This document shows, piece after piece, positions 58,814 through 64,000 of a stretch of 64,000 bases of DNA; the stretch's first letter is position 1; each line of letters begins with the position of its first letter. A model generated the notes under the pieces. It saw nothing but the letters and a program-made list of their open reading frames with translations, was not told the DNA's origin and did not search any database. The position numbers and the translations under genes were made by a program. This DNA comes from Cenarchaeum sp. (GTDB taxonomy: Archaea > Thermoproteota > Nitrososphaeria > Nitrososphaerales > Nitrosopumilaceae), in contig OZ242221.1 of NCBI GenBank assembly GCA_965206845.1, forward strand, positions 1,024,001 through 1,088,000, given 5' to 3'.

Positions 58814-59539
58814 ATGAGATCAACCATTTTTATCATTATTGTGCTACTGTCGGGCGCCGCTGCTGGCGCCATTCACGGCACGGTAAACCTGGCGATAGTC
58901 GAGCCGTACCTGGATCGGGCCACAAGCATAGAGAACCAGAACCTCTTTGCCGCAGACGAGGCGGACGACACGTTGGAGTTCTGGGTCGAGTACGACTCGT
59001 ACAGGTACTGGCAGAAGGGCGGCCAGGTTCTGGCCAGCGTCATCCTGGGCACCTCCACCGGCGCCCTGTTTGGCATAGTCTACGCCCTCTCCAGGAAGTC
59101 CATTCCCGGGGATCACGACATCCGAAAGGCGCTGGTCTTGGCGGGTGTCATGTGGCTGGCGGTGTTTCTGATACCGTTCCTCAAGTACCCCGCAAACCCG
59201 CCCACGGTGGGTGACGGTGACACCGTGGTGCTGCGCGGGGCCCTGTACTTGGCGTTTATAGCAATCTCCGGGCTCTCGGCTCTGGGCTTTTGCATGCTCT
59301 CAAGGAGGCTGCGGGGTTCCCGCAAGCTGCTGGCCGCTGCGGGGTACGGCATCCTTGTGGGCGCCGTGTTTGTCGCAATGCCAGACAATCCAGACGAGAC
59401 GACGGCCCCTGCCGATCTGGTGGACGGCTTTCGCATAATGTCTGTGGTGGCAGTCTCCAGCTACTGGCTTGTCCTGCCGCTGATTCTGGGCTCGCTCTGG
59501 AACAAGCTCCGGCCGGACAGGCCGCTCGCCACCACGTAG
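58814..59539 (+). CDS. cbtA: Cobalt transporter subunit CbtA
   Basis: PFLKYPANPPTVG; multiple TMs; follows cbtB. Confidence 0.88.
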   Translation: MRSTIFIIIVLLSGAAAGAIHGTVNLAIVEPYLDRATSIENQNLFAADEADDTLEFWVEYDSYRYWQKGGQVLASVILGTSTGALFGIVYALSRKSIPGDHDIRKALVLAGVMWLAVFLIPFLKYPANPPTVGDGDTVVLRGALYLAFIAISGLSALGFCMLSRRLRGSRKLLAAAGYGILVGAVFVAMPDNPDETTAPADLVDGFRIMSVVAVSSYWLVLPLILGSLWNKLRPDRPLATT

Positions 59540-59597
59540 CCCGGGTGCGGCCGCATCTCCGAAAGTAATTAAATGATCTGCGGGCATCCTGTCGGTA

Positions 59598-60692
59598 TTG
59601 GATAAAAGGCTGCGAATCATGGGCATTGCGGCAGCAGTTGCCGCATCGGCGCTGATCCTCAGCTCGCCCTCGGAGACCATCCCGCTGCCGCGACCCACCG
59701 ACCCGGAGCCCGAGGGCAGGCCGGTGGAGATCCTGGCTACCAACCTGGACAAGCCCAGGGGCATAGCGGCCTCCGGCGACAGGGTCTTTGTCACGGAGAA
59801 GGACGGGAGGATTCGCGTCGTGGAGGGCGGCGCCCTGCTGGAGCGGCCCCTTGCCACCCTGAGAACCGCAGACGTCTTCGGCGGCGGGCTGCTGGGGATT
59901 GCCACGCATCCGGACTTTGAGGAGAACCACCTCCTGTACGTCTACTTTACCTATGTGGAGGGCGGCGAGCTCCAGAACAGGATCATGAGGATAACCGAGT
60001 CAGAGAACAGGCTGGTGTCTGCTGAGACCATACTGGACGGGATTCCTGGATCACCCTTCGCCAACGGCGGGTTCCTGAAGTTTGGCCCCGACGGCAAGCT
60101 CTACGCCGGTACCGGCTCCGTCTCTGACTCCTTGCACCTGTCACAGGACGCCGACTCCCTGGCGGGGAAGATACTGAGAATAAACGACGACGGCACGATA
60201 CCAGACGACAACCCGGTTCCCGGCTCCGCAGTGTATGCGTTGGGGTTCCGGGATCCCCAAGGACTGGCTTGGAACGAGTCCGGGGATCTGATCGTGGCAG
60301 ACTTGGGGCCGACCAAGAACGACGAGATAAACGTCGTGCAAAAGGCAGGCAACTTTGGCTGGCCGGACCAGGAGTGCCAGGGGAACCCGGAGTTTGTGGA
60401 CTCGGCCATATGCTATGATCCCGCAATCGAGCCGGGGGGCATAGTGCTCTACTCCGGCGACAGGCTGCCGCTGGAGGGCAGGCTTATAGTGGCGTCCCTG
60501 AGGGCGGTCAACCTCTTCGAGCTGGACATGGAGGAGGGCCTGGGCTCCCAGAAGAGCATCCTCAGCGGACTGGGAAGGGTGCGCGATGTATATGAGGACG
60601 GCGACGGAAATCTCTACGTGATAACGTCAAACACCGACGGAAAGGGCTTTCCGGGCCAGGACGACGACATGCTCCTGAGGATAGTGCGATGA
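59598..60692 (+). CDS. PQQ-dependent glucose/sorbosone dehydrogenase family
   Basis: GGLLGIA.HPDF, FGPDGKLY, GKILRIN.DG.IP.DNP, G.RDPQGL. Confidence 0.88.
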   Translation: MDKRLRIMGIAAAVAASALILSSPSETIPLPRPTDPEPEGRPVEILATNLDKPRGIAASGDRVFVTEKDGRIRVVEGGALLERPLATLRTADVFGGGLLGIATHPDFEENHLLYVYFTYVEGGELQNRIMRITESENRLVSAETILDGIPGSPFANGGFLKFGPDGKLYAGTGSVSDSLHLSQDADSLAGKILRINDDGTIPDDNPVPGSAVYALGFRDPQGLAWNESGDLIVADLGPTKNDEINVVQKAGNFGWPDQECQGNPEFVDSAICYDPAIEPGGIVLYSGDRLPLEGRLIVASLRAVNLFELDMEEGLGSQKSILSGLGRVRDVYEDGDGNLYVITSNTDGKGFPGQDDDMLLRIVR

Positions 60693-61945
60693 GCCGGGAC
60701 TCGGCGATCCCGGGATTCTTTAGGAAGAGCCACCGGGAGCGCCTGAAGATACTGGGCGATTTTGCCGGCCTGTCCGATGACGAGATGGATATCCTGGCCC
60801 AGTCCACCGGGGGGATCGGGTTTGAGCAGGCAGACAAGATGATCGAGAACGCAATCGGGACCTTCTCGCTTCCCGTGGGGGTGGCCACAAACTTCCGGAT
60901 CAACGGCAGGGACCACCTGGTTCCCATGGTGATCGAGGAGCCGTCGGTGGTGGCAGCGGCCTCAAAGGGTGCCAAGACCGCCAGGGTTCGCGGCGGGTTT
61001 GCCGCCGAGGCCGACGGATCCTACAGCACGGGGCAGATCCAGGTCCTGGGCGCCGGGGAGGGCTCGGCTGCCAGGCTCGCCGAGTCCGAGCCGGACATCC
61101 TCAGGGCGGCAAACGCCAAGAGCTCCACCCTCTCAAGGCTTGGGAAGGGCGCCCGGAGCGTCTCCTGCAGGGAGATACGGACCGACTCCAAGGACATGCT
61201 CATAGTCGAGCTGCTCATAGACGTGGGCGACGCCATGGGCGCAAACGTGACCAACTCGATGTGCGAGGCAGCGGCCCCGCTGGTGGAGGAGGCCACCGGC
61301 GGCACGGCCCTCCTGAAGATACTCTCAAACTACTCCACCCGCAGGATGGTCCGGGCATCTGCGGTCTTTGACCGGGAGGCGGTCGGGGGGCCGCAGGTGG
61401 TCGACGACATAATCGACGCCTACCAGTTTGCCCGGCACGACGTGCACAGGGCAGTCACCCACAACAAGGGGGTGATGAACGGCATCGTGGCGGTGGCAGC
61501 CGCCACGGGACAAGACGGCAGGGCCATCGAGGCGGCCGCCCACGCGTACGCCGCCCGGGACGGAACCTACAGGTCCCTCACCGAGTGGTCCAGAGACGGG
61601 GACGGAAACCTGGTGGGAAGGCTGGAGGTTCCCATGGCCGTGGGCACGGTGGGCGGAATAGTCAACGTCCACCCCCTAGCCAGAATCTGCAGCAAGATCC
61701 TGGGCGCAAGATCTGCAGGCGAGCTTGGCTGCATAATCGCCGCGACGGGACTGGCCCAGAACTACAGCGCCATCCGGGCCCTTGCCACCGAGGGAATCCA
61801 GAAGGGCCACATGAGGCTGCACGCAAGAAACCTGGCGTCCGCCGCGGGAGCCGCCCCCGGCAGCATAGACGGGATCGTCGACAGGATGGTCTCCGAGGGC
61901 AACATCTCGCTTAGCAGGGCAAGGGATCTTGCAAACCGGGAGTAG
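60689..61945 (+). CDS. hmgA: HMG-CoA reductase, class II
   Basis: EEPSVVAA, DAMGAN, THNKG.MNG, EGIQKGHM.LHA. Confidence 0.93.
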   Translation: MSRDSAIPGFFRKSHRERLKILGDFAGLSDDEMDILAQSTGGIGFEQADKMIENAIGTFSLPVGVATNFRINGRDHLVPMVIEEPSVVAAASKGAKTARVRGGFAAEADGSYSTGQIQVLGAGEGSAARLAESEPDILRAANAKSSTLSRLGKGARSVSCREIRTDSKDMLIVELLIDVGDAMGANVTNSMCEAAAPLVEEATGGTALLKILSNYSTRRMVRASAVFDREAVGGPQVVDDIIDAYQFARHDVHRAVTHNKGVMNGIVAVAAATGQDGRAIEAAAHAYAARDGTYRSLTEWSRDGDGNLVGRLEVPMAVGTVGGIVNVHPLARICSKILGARSAGELGCIIAATGLAQNYSAIRALATEGIQKGHMRLHARNLASAAGAAPGSIDGIVDRMVSEGNISLSRARDLANRE

Positions 61946-61954
61946 CCTGGGCGC

Positions 61955-63457
61955 CTACTCCCTTCTGGCCGCGACGGCCCTGAGCTCTGCGATCACCTGC
62001 CTGACCAGGTGCCTCGTCTTGTGGTCGGCGGCGTATGTTATCGCAAAGTAGACCCCGGCGCACAGCGCAAGCTGCAACACCATCTGCAGGACATGCTCGA
62101 ATATGTTCTCCGGGTACGTTATGACGTGGTCAGCGGTCACATAGTATACCGCCATAAACGCCAGCGTTGATGCGGCATACACAAGAATTCGCCTCTTTGG
62201 CAGCGGGATCCTTATCGTCCGCCTGACCAGGATCCAGAGGTATGCCACAAACGGAACGGACACCACCGCCGGCAGCAGGGACCAGATCGTTACCAACTGT
62301 ATCTCGGCGGCGCCGCCCAGCAGCAGCAGGATCACGACCAGGATGGCTATGTACAGCGAGTTGTTGATTATGAGCAGGGTGGGCACCATGAAGAGCCTGC
62401 TGCGCAGCATCTTCCTGAATCCTGGATTCTGCTCCACGTCGACCTTCTCAAGGCCCGTCAGTATGTCGTTGGCAGTGGAGATCAGCGCCGTGGTGAACCT
62501 GTAGAACGTCAGGAATATGACGGCCAGGTACGCCTCCTGGTACGCCGAGTTCAGGATAAAGAGCGCTGGCTTGGCAAAGACGATTGCGATGCCTGTCAGC
62601 GGAAGCAGGAAGAAGAACTGCTTGGTCAGGTTCTCTGCGATGTACTTGTGGTTCTTTGAGGCCAGCAGCTTCGGGTACACCGCCTGGGAGACCATCTTTG
62701 CATGCGCCGGGATCTCCGAGATGACCATGGCCGCGGCAAAGTACGCCACCCCCACGACCGAGCCCGTGATCAGCGGAAATATGACTATGCCCGAGCTCCA
62801 GATGTTGCCCCCCAGCCTGCTGTAGATGGGTATCCACGACAGCCTTATCCAGCGGTACAGGAATGCGGGGTTGAACCTCTTGACCAGCCTCTTCCTTGCA
62901 AAGATCATCTGTATGATGATCTGGCCGATATACGCCAGGACGACGGTGACGATCGTCCCGTCTATCCCGAGGTCCAGGAGGTATACCAGAACCAGTCCCA
63001 GGGGAATCTTGGTGCCCTCAAAGGCCAGTATGCTGTAGCTCACCTTGTGGGGCTGGTAGCCAAGGTTGATTGCCTGGAGGGCCCCGTTCACAAAGCTGGC
63101 CGGAATGAGAAGCATGGACAGGACCATTGAAAAGTAAAACTCGGGGGCCACCCCGGAGTAGACGGTTACCAGCGCAAAGTACAGCGGCAGAACCCCCAGC
63201 GAGAGCATCCCGCTGGATATCACGGACGTCTTTGCCACTGCCTCGTCCCTGGCAACCTGCCGCAACGTCCAGTACGAGACTGCAGACTGGGATATTGCGA
63301 CGTAGGACAGCATGGTTCCAAGGATGCTCCAGATGGCAAACTCCTCCGGCTCCAGCTGCCGGGTGACGATTATGACAAAGATGGCTCCCGTGACAACGCC
63401 TATCAGCGACACCGCAAACGCGATCAAGCCGGAATAGGTCACGCGTATGTTGTCCAT
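61955..63457 (-). CDS. Polysaccharide flippase-like (MOP/Wzx) membrane protein
   Basis: ~12-14 TM segments, TRQL.PEEF..W N-terminal pattern. Confidence 0.75.
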   Translation of the reverse strand: MDNIRVTYSGLIAFAVSLIGVVTGAIFVIIVTRQLEPEEFAIWSILGTMLSYVAISQSAVSYWTLRQVARDEAVAKTSVISSGMLSLGVLPLYFALVTVYSGVAPEFYFSMVLSMLLIPASFVNGALQAINLGYQPHKVSYSILAFEGTKIPLGLVLVYLLDLGIDGTIVTVVLAYIGQIIIQMIFARKRLVKRFNPAFLYRWIRLSWIPIYSRLGGNIWSSGIVIFPLITGSVVGVAYFAAAMVISEIPAHAKMVSQAVYPKLLASKNHKYIAENLTKQFFFLLPLTGIAIVFAKPALFILNSAYQEAYLAVIFLTFYRFTTALISTANDILTGLEKVDVEQNPGFRKMLRSRLFMVPTLLIINNSLYIAILVVILLLLGGAAEIQLVTIWSLLPAVVSVPFVAYLWILVRRTIRIPLPKRRILVYAASTLAFMAVYYVTADHVITYPENIFEHVLQMVLQLALCAGVYFAITYAADHKTRHLVRQVIAELRAVAARRE

Positions 63458-63830
63458 AAGAAACCAACAGGTCTGAAGTTAATAGTTATTGTGAGCGGCT
63501 GGCGCCCGGCTCTCCTCCGAAGTCCGGTAGCCGGCCGGCACGCTCTGGGCTCGGCGCATGCCACGCTCCCGTGCTGGACCCCGTCCCCAGAGAGTTGCGG
63601 CATCCGCCGCCCGGCCCGTGCCCGTCCTGTCGCGGATTCTGATACCGGCAGGAGATATTGCACCATGTTTGGGCATTTCTGTGATAAATTGCGGCCGGCG
63701 GCCGGCATTCTCGAGAAGTCCCAAGAAAAATGAAATTAATATTAAATTTTCTCGAACAAAAAATTAAGCATTGCTTAATTTGATCTTAGGATTTTTTATC
63801 AATGCCTTAACCGGTATCATGATTAGTAGA

Positions 63831-64000
63831 ATGTCCAGGATACACTTGCAGTGCAGGGAGTGCAGAAGAGAGTACGAGCCCACCTTCCGGTACGTGTGCG
63901 AGGAGTGCTTTGGCCCACTTGACGTGGCGTATGACCCCGTCTCTGTGACGCCGGACACCTTTGCGGGCAGGGAGCAGACCTACTGGAGGTACTTTGAGCT
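63831..64000 (+). CDS. thrC: Threonine synthase, 5' part (truncated by window)
   Basis: MSRIHLQCRECRREY...CEECFGPLDVAYD...YWRYFEL. Confidence 0.75.
   Translation, partial: MSRIHLQCRECRREYEPTFRYVCEECFGPLDVAYDPVSVTPDTFAGREQTYWRYFE

Overview
High-GC archaeal chromosomal DNA from an ammonia-oxidising Nitrososphaerota (Thaumarchaeota; Nitrosopumilaceae/Cenarchaeum-like, inferred from gene content: gatDE, tes, csl4, dph2, tiaS, CFI-box protein, cobalamin cbi cluster, bacterial-type metK/guaA). It is mostly housekeeping genes plus SRP RNA and three tRNAs (Gln, Val, and an initiator Met with two insertions). Mobile DNA comprises one IS481-family element (28-bp TIRs, ~14-bp target duplication) and three related ~2-kb elements. 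Each of the three encodes only a large TnpB-like RNA-guided nuclease with intact RuvC motifs. Unlike classical IS200/IS605/IS607 elements, they are bounded by terminal inverted repeats (GGG(A/G)ATTATATA...), and one copy has a perfect 8-bp target-site duplication. That is the signature of DDE-type (IS1595/ISNwi1-like) transposition with no transposase in cis. Their 3' ends show covarying hairpins (candidate omegaRNA fused to the TIR). One copy carries a second, outward-facing inverted copy of that scaffold at its left end. All calls are from visual sequence and motif recognition; no database searches were run.
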